A stretch of 64,000 nt of DNA from contig CBDCQT010000013.1 in NCBI GenBank assembly GCA_965220745.1, positions 768,001 to 832,000 on the forward strand. The letters are read 5' to 3'. The stretch is from Alphaproteobacteria bacterium. Its GTDB lineage: Bacteria; Pseudomonadota; Alphaproteobacteria; UBA828. Position numbers and translations under genes: made by a program. A model generated the notes under the pieces. It searched no databases, was not told the origin of the DNA, and worked only from the letters and a program-made list of their open reading frames with translations. Each line of letters starts with the position of its first letter. The stretch's first letter is position 1. Positions 42,320 through 51,827 of the stretch are shown one piece after another.

Positions 42320-42761
42320 TCACACCTGCCTCAGCGCCGCGTGCTTCACCAGCGTTACCACGTTGCGGCCGTTCCCCCGCTGGTACGCCACCGTGTACAT
42401 CGTCTTGCGCACGAGCCAGATGCCGAGGTTGCCTCTGGCGCGCTCCTTCGCCGAAGCGGACAAGTCAGGCTCCGGCGCCTGCAACGGATCGAACGCCTTG
42501 CCGTCGTTGGCGATCTCCACGGTGAGCGTATCGCCTTCGAGGCGGAGGGAGATATCGATCCGGTGCTCGCCGTCGTCGTCGTAGCCGTAGCCGATCGCGT
42601 TGGTTACCAGTTCGTCGACTGCCAGCGTGACGTCGAAGGGAATGCCGCTCGCCAGATCGTGCGCCGCGCAGAACGCATCGATCCTGGCGGCCGCGCTGCT
42701 GATGCCACGCAGATCGTTGGTGACCGAGATCCAGGGTGTCGCCGCTGACCGGCTCGCTCAT
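42320..42761 (-). pseudogene. RsbW-like anti-sigma kinase, frameshifted near 42727
   Basis: Main frame reads SVTNDL...LAVDELVTNAI.YGY...DG.AFDPL...GNLGIWLV. The start MSEPVSGDTLDL is in another frame. Confidence 0.75.
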
Positions 42762-42829
42762 GACATCGCTGCTGTGTCGGCGACCGCAGGCGGAGCACAC
42801 GGCGGCCGGCGCTCCGACTCGCGCGTCCG

Positions 42830-43108
42830 CTACGGCTTCGCCGGCTCGACGATGATCCGCCCGCGCCCGCGCCTGATCCGGTAGCCCCCGCGCGGGATCG
42901 CGAGCGTGCCCTGCTGCACAAGCGGCCAGAGGGTATCCACGATCATGGTCGCATTCCCGTCCGGTGCCGCTCCTGACGCCGGCTGCGACGCCAGCCACTC
43001 AAGGAAGGCCCGGTTTGCGATCTCGTCGCCGATGGATTTTCGGAGTGCGTTGAGTTTGCGCGCCTGACCCTTGGTCAGGCTGGACTCGTCGATCTCGATC
43101 GCAGCCAT
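42830..43108 (-). CDS. Hypothetical protein, 92 aa
   Basis: RBS GGAG and protein-like sequence LTKGQARKLNALRKSIG. Confidence 0.7.
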   Translation of the reverse strand: MAAIEIDESSLTKGQARKLNALRKSIGDEIANRAFLEWLASQPASGAAPDGNATMIVDTLWPLVQQGTLAIPRGGYRIRRGRGRIIVEPAKP

Positions 43109-43244
43109 GGAGCAACTCCCTCGGGTGGTTGGACGTTATTGAGAGCATATACCAGCTTGCGCTGCACGGTGCTGCCGGTGTGGCGCGCCGGATGTGCAGC
43201 ATTTGGGCAGCCGCCGCCGCGCCGCACGCCGACAGAACCCTCGG

Positions 43245-44533
43245 GCGACGGTGACGGCCACCCGGTGCATCGCGTTGTTGAGATAGCCATTGGGGTTCCA
43301 GGCGACCGCGTGGGGCTGGATTATGCCCTTCGAATCCGTCGCCCTGGCCAGATCTCGTAGTAGCCGGGCCCTGGAAACTCGACCATCGCGCCAATTCTGC
43401 CAGGCACCGGGGTTCACCGGCGCATCGAGCGTTGCGCCGCTCCAGGTCGCGCCGAAATCGATGGAGAGCCGGACCGCATCCACCGTCGAATCGCCCAGCC
43501 AGGCATGCCCGCGCACGCCGAGTGTTCGCGCCGCCATTCTGTGTCCGGTGGCCGGGTAGGTAATGAGCGACTTGACCGGCATCGCCTGGATGATGACGAA
43601 GTCCTTCTCGTCGAGCGGCTCCTCCGGTGCTATCGGGCGGCCCGGAACGCGGTAGGAGGTGCCGGTCATCTTCGCTCCGTCGTGAAACCGATCACGCAAC
43701 CAGACACGCGTACGCCATTTTTGGGAGCACGCGCCGGGCCATCCCGGAAACACGAGGCGCAGCGGCGCGTCGTTCGTGGGATGGATAGGCCGGCCGTGCT
43801 GGGTGAAGGCCAGGAGCGTGTTCTGGTCCATGGCCTTCACGATGGGCACCCCGCGCGAGATCGGGTGTCGGTCCGCTGCGCCGGAGGGGTGCGTGTCCGC
43901 GCCCTCGTGCGCGGTGTAGACAACGCCGCCCTTCACGCCTGCCGCCTTGAGCACGTCGGCGAGGCGGACCCGTTCCACGCCGAGCAGGCGACGGCGCCGT
44001 AGGTCCACTGTGCAACATCGGCCGGGGGATCGAAGAAGGCGCGCCCGTTGCCGGTGCATTCCAGCGTCAGCGCGCGGGTGACGACATCGAACCTGCGCTT
44101 CAAGTCGTCGCTGCCGAGCGTCAGCGGAGTCTCCACCAGACCGTCGACGGTGAGCGCCCAGGCAGCTGCATCGACCCTCGCAGGCGGAATGCCGTTGTTG
44201 CGGACGAAGTGCCGCTCGGTCGGCGTGATCGCGTTATCGAGCAGGTGCGCCGGGGTCTCCGCACTCAGTGGCCGGTCGTTGAGCACGATCAGGCCGTCCT
44301 TGCCTACAATGGCGGGCGCGTCTGCGAGCGCGGCGGGGATGAAGTGCGCGGGCATGGTGCGGCGGAAGGGGATGGTCCCACCGACCAGCGTCGCCATGGC
44401 CGCCAGCCCGGCCCCCCTTGAGGAAGCCGCGCCGGTCGGGATGGGTCACGCGGCCGAACAGCAGACGGTCGGCCTTGTCGGGAACCTCCCGATAGAACTC
44501 GTGCAAGCTCCGGCTCGCAGAGGTCTTGTGCAT
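43245..44533 (-). pseudogene. Sulfite oxidase family (SorT/SoxC-like) molybdoenzyme with several frameshifts
   Basis: Tat RRGFLK, HFVRNNG, LECTGNGR, APLRLV.PGWPG, PVKSLI.YP and WNP.GY.NN spread over at least three frames. Confidence 0.85.
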
Positions 44534-44559
44534 GGCTCGCGTCGCGTCGAGCGCCGGTG

Positions 44560-45303
44560 CATACGATAGCCACAGTGAACAGGAACGAACAGACGGCTCA
44601 TTCTGTCCTCGCCGCGTAGTCGGTGAAGGCGCGTTCGAGCCAGTCCCGGATGACATAGGGCGTGTTGAGCACGATGTGCCAGCGGCACAGGCTGTTGGGT
44701 GGTGGAAGCACGCGCACGAACCATATCTGCCCCTCGCTGCCGGCATAGCCAGCCGGTACCGTGCACGAAACGAACTCCCGTGTGGCCGACCTCGCGCAGC
44801 AGGATCCCTTCGCCCTCGCTGCCGCAATGGACGTAGAAGCCCATCCTCGAGTGCTGCATCCGCTCGACGGTGTCGATCAGCCAGGACGGGCAATCGAGCT
44901 CGGGCGCGATCCGCAGGATGCAGCTGCCCATGGTTTCCCGGCTGCTCCCGAACCTCACGTCGAACATCGCCCACATCGTGAAATAGGTGACCGTCAGCGG
45001 GCTCATCGGCGGCCCGGACGGCAGGTATTCGTCCTCGGCGCCGCCGGCGATCCTGACGTAGCCCTTCGCCTCTCTCATCTCGGAAATGGATTCGGCCATG
45101 AGGGAGGCGACGTTCTGCGCCACAACGTAGAGGGCGTGGCAGGGGTCATGGTCCGCGAGCTTCTTGCCCAGCGCCAGACCACCGTCATCGAAGCCGGCTT
45201 GGAGGGCCATCTTCCTGCCCTCCCGCCAACCCGCCAGATCGACGACCTTCGACCCGCGGGACGAGATGATCTTCTTCGCGATCTTGTCGGCAACGGAACT
45301 CAT
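44560..45303 (-). pseudogene. Hypothetical protein, frameshifted near 44770
   Basis: EDEYLPSGPPMSPLT..YF.MW..FD in one frame; continuation ARYRLAMPA in another. Confidence 0.55.
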
Positions 45304-45839
45304 GGTGTGCTTTCGGCAGCGTTCGCTGGTGGAGGGCACTCGCCCGCACGCGAATATAGCGGGCGCGGGCCTTGCATGGCGATGAGCAGACAGGAATTCC
45401 AGGCAGTACCCGGAACCTGTCGCTCCGCACCGACCGTCGCTATCCTGGGCGCGCGGTTGGCGGTGAGCGGTGTCCAGGGAACGCCAGAATCTCCGTCGCG
45501 GGTCGGCAACGAGGCAGGTAGATCGGTGGGGATGCAGAAGGGCGTCTCGGAACGACCCCCTCGGCCCTTGGCCGCAGGAGCGGCACGCGGTCGGCAGGCA
45601 GCGGGCAATTCTCGGGGCGGCCGAGAATTTCGATATTCGGAATAATCGTAGCGAGAATCCTACAAAATAGGCAAATCTTTTATGCAGGAATGCGAATTCT
45701 AGTTGCGCCTATGTAGTACCTAGGCATTTGGTCAATTGGGACACAGTCTTGAGTGTATGACATAACCTACTTAAATCACTCGTATAATTAGTATACACTT
45801 GTGACCGACCCGGTGATGGAAGGGTGTGACGGACGGAGT

Positions 45840-45905
45840 GAGCGCCCGTCGTTGAGGGAAACGAAAAAAGTGCGAGCGCCCGGCGACTGAGGGAACTGAA
45901 AGAGT
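45840..45905 (+). repeat. Two imperfect 32-bp direct repeats next to an AT-rich tract
   Basis: GAGCGCCCGTCGTTGAGGGAAACGAAAAAAGT (45840-45871) and GAGCGCCCGGCGACTGAGGGAACTGAAAGAGT (45874-45905). Confidence 0.7.
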
Positions 45906-45934
45906 CAAGCCCGGACGGTGCGGGGAGGGGTCGA

Positions 45935-47392
45935 TCAGGCGAGCGGGAGGACCTGGCCGCCGGGGCCGCGGGGATCGATGGGCGTGCCGGCCGCGAGGGG
46001 AATCGCCTCCTCGATCGCAGCCGCCGCCCGCAGCACCGCCGCCTCGCCGCGCGGGGGCCCGAGGATCTGCAGGCCCACCGGCAGCCCCGCCTCGGTGAAG
46101 CCCACCGGCACCGAGGCCGAAGGACACGCGGTCAGCGTCAGCACGAAGGTGAGGCCCAGCCAGTCGACGTAGTTGTCGAAGCGGTGGCCGTCGATCTCGT
46201 CGACCCAGCGCGTGTCCACGTCGAAGGGCGGCACGATCACGCACGGGCACACCAGCACGTCGTGGCGGGCGAAGAAGCGCACGCAGCGCTGGTAGATGCG
46301 GCCGCGCGCACGCTCGGCCCGCGCGATCGTGTCGGCGTCGAGCGCGAGCCCCTTCTCGATGTTCCAGATGACCTCGGGCTTGAGCGCGTCACGGTGGGTC
46401 TCCAGTAGCTCGCCCTTGTCGGCGGCGAAGAGGGCCGCGCGCAGCACCTGGAAGATGTCGAGCGCGCCCGAGAGGTCGGGGCAGGCCTCGGCGACCTCCA
46501 TGCCGGCACCGGCGAGCGTCTCCACTGCGCCCGCGCAGACGGCGGCGACCTCGCGGTCCACCGGCAGCAGGCCCAGGTCCGGGCTGTAGGCGATGCGGCC
46601 GGGCGGCGGCATCGTCGTCAGCGCTTCGGCGAAGCTCTGCGCCGGCGCTTCGATGGAGAGCGGGTCTTCGGTGTGAGCGCCGCTCATGGCATCGAGCATG
46701 AGCGCGCAGTCCCGCGCGTTGCGCGCCATGGGGCCGTCCACCATCAGCCCCTCGAAGGGGAGGTGCTTGGGCCCGTGGGCGACGCGGCCCGGACTTGGCC
46801 GCATGCCGAAGACGCTGCAGAAGCTCGCAGGTATCCGCAGGCTTCCCCCTAAGTCCGAGCCCGTGGCGAGCCAGACCTGGCCGGTGGCAAGCGCCGTGGA
46901 CGAGCCGCCGGAGGAGCCGCCGCAGGTCTTGTCGGTGTTCCAAGGGTTGCGGGTCTTGCCGAAGACCTCGTTGAAGGTGTTGGCGCCGGCGCCGAACTCG
47001 GGCGTGTTGGACTTGCCGATGACGATGGCGCCGCGCGCCTCCAGGGTCTCGACCGCGATGTCCGAGCGCGGCGGCACGTGGTCGGCGTAGATCGGCGAGC
47101 CCCAGGTGGTGCGCACGCCCGCCACCTCCACCAGGTCCTTGACCGCGATGGGCACGCCGCCTAGCCAGCCGCGCGGGCGTTCGGTGTCCGCATCCTCCGC
47201 CATGATCCGCTCGGCATGAGCCCGCGCCCTGTCGATGCAGAGCGTCGGGATCGCGTTGAGATGGCCGTCGGTCGCCGCGATCCGCGCCGCGCTCGCGTCG
47301 ACCAGCTCCAGCGGCGAGACCTCGCGCCTGCGGAGCAGGTCGACGACCTCGGCCGCGGTCAGCCGGCAGAGTTCGCCGCTGGCTGCTGCCAT
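45935..47392 (-). CDS. Amidase-signature family amidase
   Basis: GVPIAVKD, GKSNTPEF, GGSSGGS, GSDLGGSLRIPAS. Confidence 0.93.
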   Translation of the reverse strand: MAAASGELCRLTAAEVVDLLRRREVSPLELVDASAARIAATDGHLNAIPTLCIDRARAHAERIMAEDADTERPRGWLGGVPIAVKDLVEVAGVRTTWGSPIYADHVPPRSDIAVETLEARGAIVIGKSNTPEFGAGANTFNEVFGKTRNPWNTDKTCGGSSGGSSTALATGQVWLATGSDLGGSLRIPASFCSVFGMRPSPGRVAHGPKHLPFEGLMVDGPMARNARDCALMLDAMSGAHTEDPLSIEAPAQSFAEALTTMPPPGRIAYSPDLGLLPVDREVAAVCAGAVETLAGAGMEVAEACPDLSGALDIFQVLRAALFAADKGELLETHRDALKPEVIWNIEKGLALDADTIARAERARGRIYQRCVRFFARHDVLVCPCVIVPPFDVDTRWVDEIDGHRFDNYVDWLGLTFVLTLTACPSASVPVGFTEAGLPVGLQILGPPRGEAAVLRAAAAIEEAIPLAAGTPIDPRGPGGQVLPLA

Positions 47393-47406
47393 GCCGCCGT
47401 CCCCGG

Positions 47407-48804
47407 TCAGGCCGCAGGCGGCGTGCGGCTGTGCCAGTCGGAGTCCTGCTGGTAGGCGTGCCCCGCCTGCAGCAGCCGCTCCTCGCTGAGCTGCGGCCCC
47501 ACGATCTGAAAGCCCAAGGGCAGGCCGTCCTCGTCGAAGCCGCCGGGCAGGCACATCGCGGGCGTCCGTGCCATGTCGTGGGGGGCGGTGAACGAGATCA
47601 GCCGCTCGACCGAGCCCTCCTCGGCGCCCAGGGTATCCATGAAGGCGTTGGTGGGCGTCGGGTAGGGTTGCGAGGGAATGATGATCGCGTCGACATCGGC
47701 GAAGACGGCATTGAGCGCGCCGACGAACTTGTCCCGCTCGATCACGATGCGCGCGTGGTCGACGCCGCTCAGCGCGAGCCCGACCTCGATCAGGCTGCTC
47801 AGCACCGGCCCGTACTTGTCCTTGTTGTCGGCATAATAGGGCTCGTGCGCGATGGCCGTGTCCGCGCCGCAGAAATCGTTCCAGCGGTCGACCATGACCG
47901 TCGCGTCGGGGAAGGCGATGGGCCGGATGTCGGCGCCGCGCCCGCGCAGCACGTCCGCCGCCTGCATCACCATGGCGGTCACGCGCGAATCCACGCCGTC
48001 GGAGCAATAGGCCTCGTCGAGGCCGATGCGCATGCCCTCGATGCCGGCGTCGATGCTGCCGAGGTAGTCCGGCACCGGCGCCTGCACGGTGGTCGGATCG
48101 TCCGGATCGACCCCGGCGATGACGCCGAGGATGGCCGCACAGTCGGCCGCCGAGCGGGCCATCGGCCCGATGTGGTCGAGGGTCTCGGAGAGCGCGAAGG
48201 CGCCTGCCCGGCTCACCCGGCCCCAGGTCGGCTTGAGCCCGGTGACGCCGCAGGCCTGCGAGGGGAAGCGGATCGAGCCGCCCGTATCCGTCCCCAGCGA
48301 GCCGTAGCAGAGCCGGGCCGTGGTGGCGACGCCGGAACCGCTCGACGAGACGCCGGTCCAGTAGTCCGGATGCCACGGGTTGACCGGCGGCTCGATGGTG
48401 GGGTGGTGCACCGCGTAGGCGCCCTCGGTCATCTGCAGCTTGCCGGCGAAGACAGTGCCGGCGTCACGCAGCCGCGCCACGACGGTGCCGTCCGCGCCAG
48501 GGCTCCAGTCGCGCAGCGCCACCGAGCCGACGTGCGTGGGCGCGTCCTTCGTCAAGCAGAGGTCCTTGAGGCCGAAGGGCACGCCGTGCAGCGGCCCCTT
48601 CACCGTGCCGCCCGCGATCTCCGCGTCCGCCTGCGCCGCCTGTTCGGTCGCGACATCGGCCATCACCGTGGCGTAGCTGCGGAGCGTGCCGTCCAGCCGT
48701 TCGATCCGCGCGAGCGTGTGCGCCGTCACCTCGGCAGCGGACACCTCCCGCGACTGAATCTTCGCCGCGACCTCGGTCAGCATCAGCTCGTGCAGATCAG
48801 ACAT
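47407..48804 (-). CDS. Amidase-signature family amidase
   Basis: LHGVPFGLKD, GVSSSGS, GTDTGGSIRFPS, GLKPTWGRV. Confidence 0.93.
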   Translation of the reverse strand: MSDLHELMLTEVAAKIQSREVSAAEVTAHTLARIERLDGTLRSYATVMADVATEQAAQADAEIAGGTVKGPLHGVPFGLKDLCLTKDAPTHVGSVALRDWSPGADGTVVARLRDAGTVFAGKLQMTEGAYAVHHPTIEPPVNPWHPDYWTGVSSSGSGVATTARLCYGSLGTDTGGSIRFPSQACGVTGLKPTWGRVSRAGAFALSETLDHIGPMARSAADCAAILGVIAGVDPDDPTTVQAPVPDYLGSIDAGIEGMRIGLDEAYCSDGVDSRVTAMVMQAADVLRGRGADIRPIAFPDATVMVDRWNDFCGADTAIAHEPYYADNKDKYGPVLSSLIEVGLALSGVDHARIVIERDKFVGALNAVFADVDAIIIPSQPYPTPTNAFMDTLGAEEGSVERLISFTAPHDMARTPAMCLPGGFDEDGLPLGFQIVGPQLSEERLLQAGHAYQQDSDWHSRTPPAA

Positions 48805-48950
48805 CCGAATCTCCCCTCTCCATGGTGGCGGCCGATTGAACGCCAAAGCCGCCGGCCACGCAAAGCCAATCTCTGCTTGCTGCGCGTGGCCGCAACGCTT
48901 AGCGATGACGCCCACACGCCTTGTCGTACCGGTGGCATAATGGCCAAGCA

Positions 48951-49211
48951 ATGATGGTACGCACTCAGATTGTACTGGACCCGGAACGGCATGCTCAGGC
49001 TCGCGCGCGTGCGGCCGCGCTCGGCATATCGCTGGCCGAATATGTGCGCCGCCTCGTCGACCGTGACCTTGCTCAGCACTCGTGCAGGGCGGATCGCTCC
49101 GTCGTCTTCGATCTCGGGACGTCGCGAGGCCCCGATATCGCGTCGGAGAAGGCGCGGATGATCGGCGAGGCAACGGGAGCCGGAAAGCGCCGCCAAGCCG
49201 ATACGCCGTGA
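48951..49211 (+). CDS. RHH-type antitoxin (VapB-like) followed by a truncated PIN toxin start
   Basis: RTQIVL...GISLAEYVRRLVDRDL; GTGA overlap into VSTFVDGTA. Confidence 0.65.
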   Translation: MMVRTQIVLDPERHAQARARAAALGISLAEYVRRLVDRDLAQHSCRADRSVVFDLGTSRGPDIASEKARMIGEATGAGKRRQADTP

Positions 49212-49337
49212 GCACTTTTGTCGACGGCACCGCCATGCACGCAAAGCGAATCTCCTCTGCGCGTGGTGCGATTGCCCGGTCGGGCACGCCGTGATATCGA
49301 CTGCGGCCCAAGTGCCGCGCGAGGGCGGGGGGAGACC

Positions 49338-49730
49338 ATGGCGGAGCGTTTTTCGATGACCATCGACGGCCGCACGGTCGTCGCCGAGCTGCTGGGGCAG
49401 AAGGCGCCCAACGTCGTCAAGGCGTTCACGGAGAGCCTGCCCTGCGACAGTTTCTCGGTTCACGCCAAGTTCGCGGGCGACGAGCTGATCGTGATGCTCC
49501 CGTTCTACTGCAACTCCGAGAACGAGATTCTCAACGTGAAGCCCGGCGACATCGGCTTCTATCCGGGGCGCCAGACCGCCTGCATCTTCTATGGCGACAC
49601 CAAGCCGTTCGGGAAGGTCAGCGTGTTCGCCAGGATCGTCGACGGCCTGGAGCACCTGAAGCCCGCGGGTAAGAAGATCCTCGCCAAGGGTCCGCTGCCG
49701 GTCCGGCTCGAACTCGTCGAGGGAGCGTAG
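49338..49730 (+). CDS. Cyclophilin-like fold protein (DUF3830-like)
   Basis: AP......LP......HAKFAGDE, EN....PGDI.FYP, IFYG. RBS GGAGA. Confidence 0.75.
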   Translation: MAERFSMTIDGRTVVAELLGQKAPNVVKAFTESLPCDSFSVHAKFAGDELIVMLPFYCNSENEILNVKPGDIGFYPGRQTACIFYGDTKPFGKVSVFARIVDGLEHLKPAGKKILAKGPLPVRLELVEGA

Positions 49731-49734
49731 CGCC

Positions 49735-50214
49735 ATGGCAGCAACCGAGACGGCCGCCATCGTCGACCGGCTGGAGCGCTTCGGCCGGCGCAACTGGAAA
49801 TCCGAGCCCGGCGACGTCACCCGGCTGCGTGCGCACAGTCTGCCGCCCATGGGCAACACGCCGCCCGTGCTCTACGCCAACTTCAACACCTTCTGGATGG
49901 GCGAGAATATCCAGGTCGTGCGTCAGCTCGCGCTCGACAAGGCGCTGCCGCCGGCGGCGCTCAACGCCATGGCGGCGGCGCTGCTCAACCGCCACGCCGG
50001 ACGCCTCGCCAAGTGGAAGCTCACCGGCACGGTCAGGCTGGTGCGCGAGCTCGCCTCCTACTTTGAGGCGGGCGGCGCCCAGAGCCACGACGACGTGGTG
50101 CAAGTCTGCGAGGCGGCGATGGTCGCCTTCGACCGCATCAACGCCTGGATCGACGCGATGATCCCCTGGGCGCACCTCGACAAGAAGGTCAAGCTCCTGC
50201 CGGCGGCCGGCTGA
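49735..50214 (+). CDS. Helical-bundle protein resembling the cucumopine synthase C-terminal domain
   Basis: W...P near the N-terminus and DRINAWIDAMIPW at the C-terminus; 4 bp after the previous stop. Confidence 0.6.
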   Translation: MAATETAAIVDRLERFGRRNWKSEPGDVTRLRAHSLPPMGNTPPVLYANFNTFWMGENIQVVRQLALDKALPPAALNAMAAALLNRHAGRLAKWKLTGTVRLVRELASYFEAGGAQSHDDVVQVCEAAMVAFDRINAWIDAMIPWAHLDKKVKLLPAAG

Positions 50215-50238
50215 CGGCGCCGCGGGCGAGCGAAACCC

Positions 50239-51144
50239 ATGTGCGGCCTCGGCGGCGTCTTCTTCAAGACCACGGAGCACCATCGCCGGACCGGCGAGAT
50301 CGCCTACCGCGTGCTGGACGGCATCTTCCGGCGCGGCCCGGATTCGACCGGGCTCGCCCTGGTCCAGCCGGCCAGCGAGGATCGCCTCTACGTCGGCATC
50401 AATTGCGAGGAGCCCGGCGGCGGCGGGCGGGCGCTCGCGCTGCTCGACGAGCTCGGCCGGGTCGAGAGAGCGACCGACGGCGAGGGCTTCATCAGGACCG
50501 CGATCCGCTACAGCGGCGACGATGAGGCGCTGGTGGACGCGGTCGACGCGTTGGGCCCCGCCTATACCGTCGCCAGCATCGGCCGACACATCGAAGTGGT
50601 GAAGCACCTGGGGGGCGTGGAAACCCTCGAGGAGAACTTCGCGATCACGAATTACGACGGGCCGCTCGCCATGGGGCTCACGCGCTTCGCCACCGAGAGC
50701 ATCATCGACTTCACCCACGGCCAACCGCTTTCCGCCAGGCTGCACCGCGATCTCGCCATCATGCACAACGGCCACATCACGAACTTCCACCACCTGCGCT
50801 ACCACTTCGAGCGCGCGGGCTACACCTTCACCACCGGCAACGATTCCGAGGTGATCGCCGTCGCCATCGTCGACGAGATGGGCAAGGGCGCGAGCTTCCA
50901 CGAGGCGCTGGAGCGCTCGGTGACGATCCTCGACGGCTGCTTCACCTATATCGCCGTGACCAAGGACGAGGTGGGCGTGGTCAAGGATCCCTACGCGGCC
51001 AAGCCCCTGGTGGTGGGGGAGACAGACCGGCTGGTGGCGGTCTCGTCCGATTGCTGGGCGCTGCGCGACGGCATCGATGAGGACATCGAAGTGTGGGAGC
51101 CTGGGGCCGGCGAGGTGGTGACGTGGCGAATTCCGCTGCACTGA
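50239..51144 (+). CDS. glxB: Class II glutamine amidotransferase (GlxB/MgsA-like)
   Basis: N-terminal MCG, RGPDSTG, TRFATES, HNGHITN, NDSEV. Confidence 0.85.
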   Translation: MCGLGGVFFKTTEHHRRTGEIAYRVLDGIFRRGPDSTGLALVQPASEDRLYVGINCEEPGGGGRALALLDELGRVERATDGEGFIRTAIRYSGDDEALVDAVDALGPAYTVASIGRHIEVVKHLGGVETLEENFAITNYDGPLAMGLTRFATESIIDFTHGQPLSARLHRDLAIMHNGHITNFHHLRYHFERAGYTFTTGNDSEVIAVAIVDEMGKGASFHEALERSVTILDGCFTYIAVTKDEVGVVKDPYAAKPLVVGETDRLVAVSSDCWALRDGIDEDIEVWEPGAGEVVTWRIPLH

Positions 51145-51827
51145 CCATCGACTGCGCCGGCCGGCCGACGCGCGCGATCAACGAGGAGATTCGCCGCGCG
51201 GCGGACGAAGGCGTGCCCGAGGTCGAGCTGCTCAACCCGCAGGCCCGGCACAATCTCGGCGTCTCGGTCCTCAAGCCCATCCACATCGTCTATCGCGGCC
51301 ACGTCGGCTCGTTTACCGCCGGGCTCTGCGACGGCATCACCGCGGAGGTCCACGGCACCTGCGGCTGGGGCGTGGCCGACAACCTGATGAGCGGCGAGGT
51401 GGTCGTGCATGGCAACGCCGCCACCTCGGCGGCGCCCTCGATCCGCGGCGGGCGCGTCGTGGTGCGCGGCGACTCGGGGCCGCGGTCGGGCATGATCCTG
51501 AAGAAGGGCGAGCTCATCGTCGGCGGCAACACCGGCTACATGTCCGGCTTCATGATGCAGAACGGCCGCATGATCGTCTGCGGCGACGCCGATACCGGCC
51601 TCGGCGATTCCATGTATCAGGGCGTGATCTTCCTCGGCGGCACGGCGAAGGAGCTGGGCTCCGGGCTGGAAGAGGTCGATGCCGAGAACGGCGAGCTCGA
51701 CGAGGTGGCGGCGCTGCTCGACCGCTTCGAGATCAAGGCGCCCCCAAAGTTCCGCAAGCTGCAGTCGGACCGCAAGCTGTGGCACTTCAACAAGCATGAC
51801 TTCGCGGCGTGGAAGGACGTGCTATGA
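51123..51827 (+). CDS. glxC: GXGXG-domain protein (GlxC/MgsB-like)
   Basis: NP.ARHNLGV, GWGVADNLMSG, GDSMYQG. Confidence 0.85.
   Translation: MANSAALTIDCAGRPTRAINEEIRRAADEGVPEVELLNPQARHNLGVSVLKPIHIVYRGHVGSFTAGLCDGITAEVHGTCGWGVADNLMSGEVVVHGNAATSAAPSIRGGRVVVRGDSGPRSGMILKKGELIVGGNTGYMSGFMMQNGRMIVCGDADTGLGDSMYQGVIFLGGTAKELGSGLEEVDAENGELDEVAALLDRFEIKAPPKFRKLQSDRKLWHFNKHDFAAWKDVL

Noticed and set aside
45755-45782. dif-like site (GTATGACATAA CCTAC TTAAATCACT)
   Set aside because: The spacer between TAA and TTA is 5 bp rather than 6, and the XerC arm is poor.
45840-45905. CRISPR array
   Set aside because: Only two imperfect units, a 2-bp gap and no cas genes.
45935-48376. 813-aa ORF as an amidase fusion
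   Set aside because: The upstream part is an off-frame read through the other amidase; the real start is 47392.
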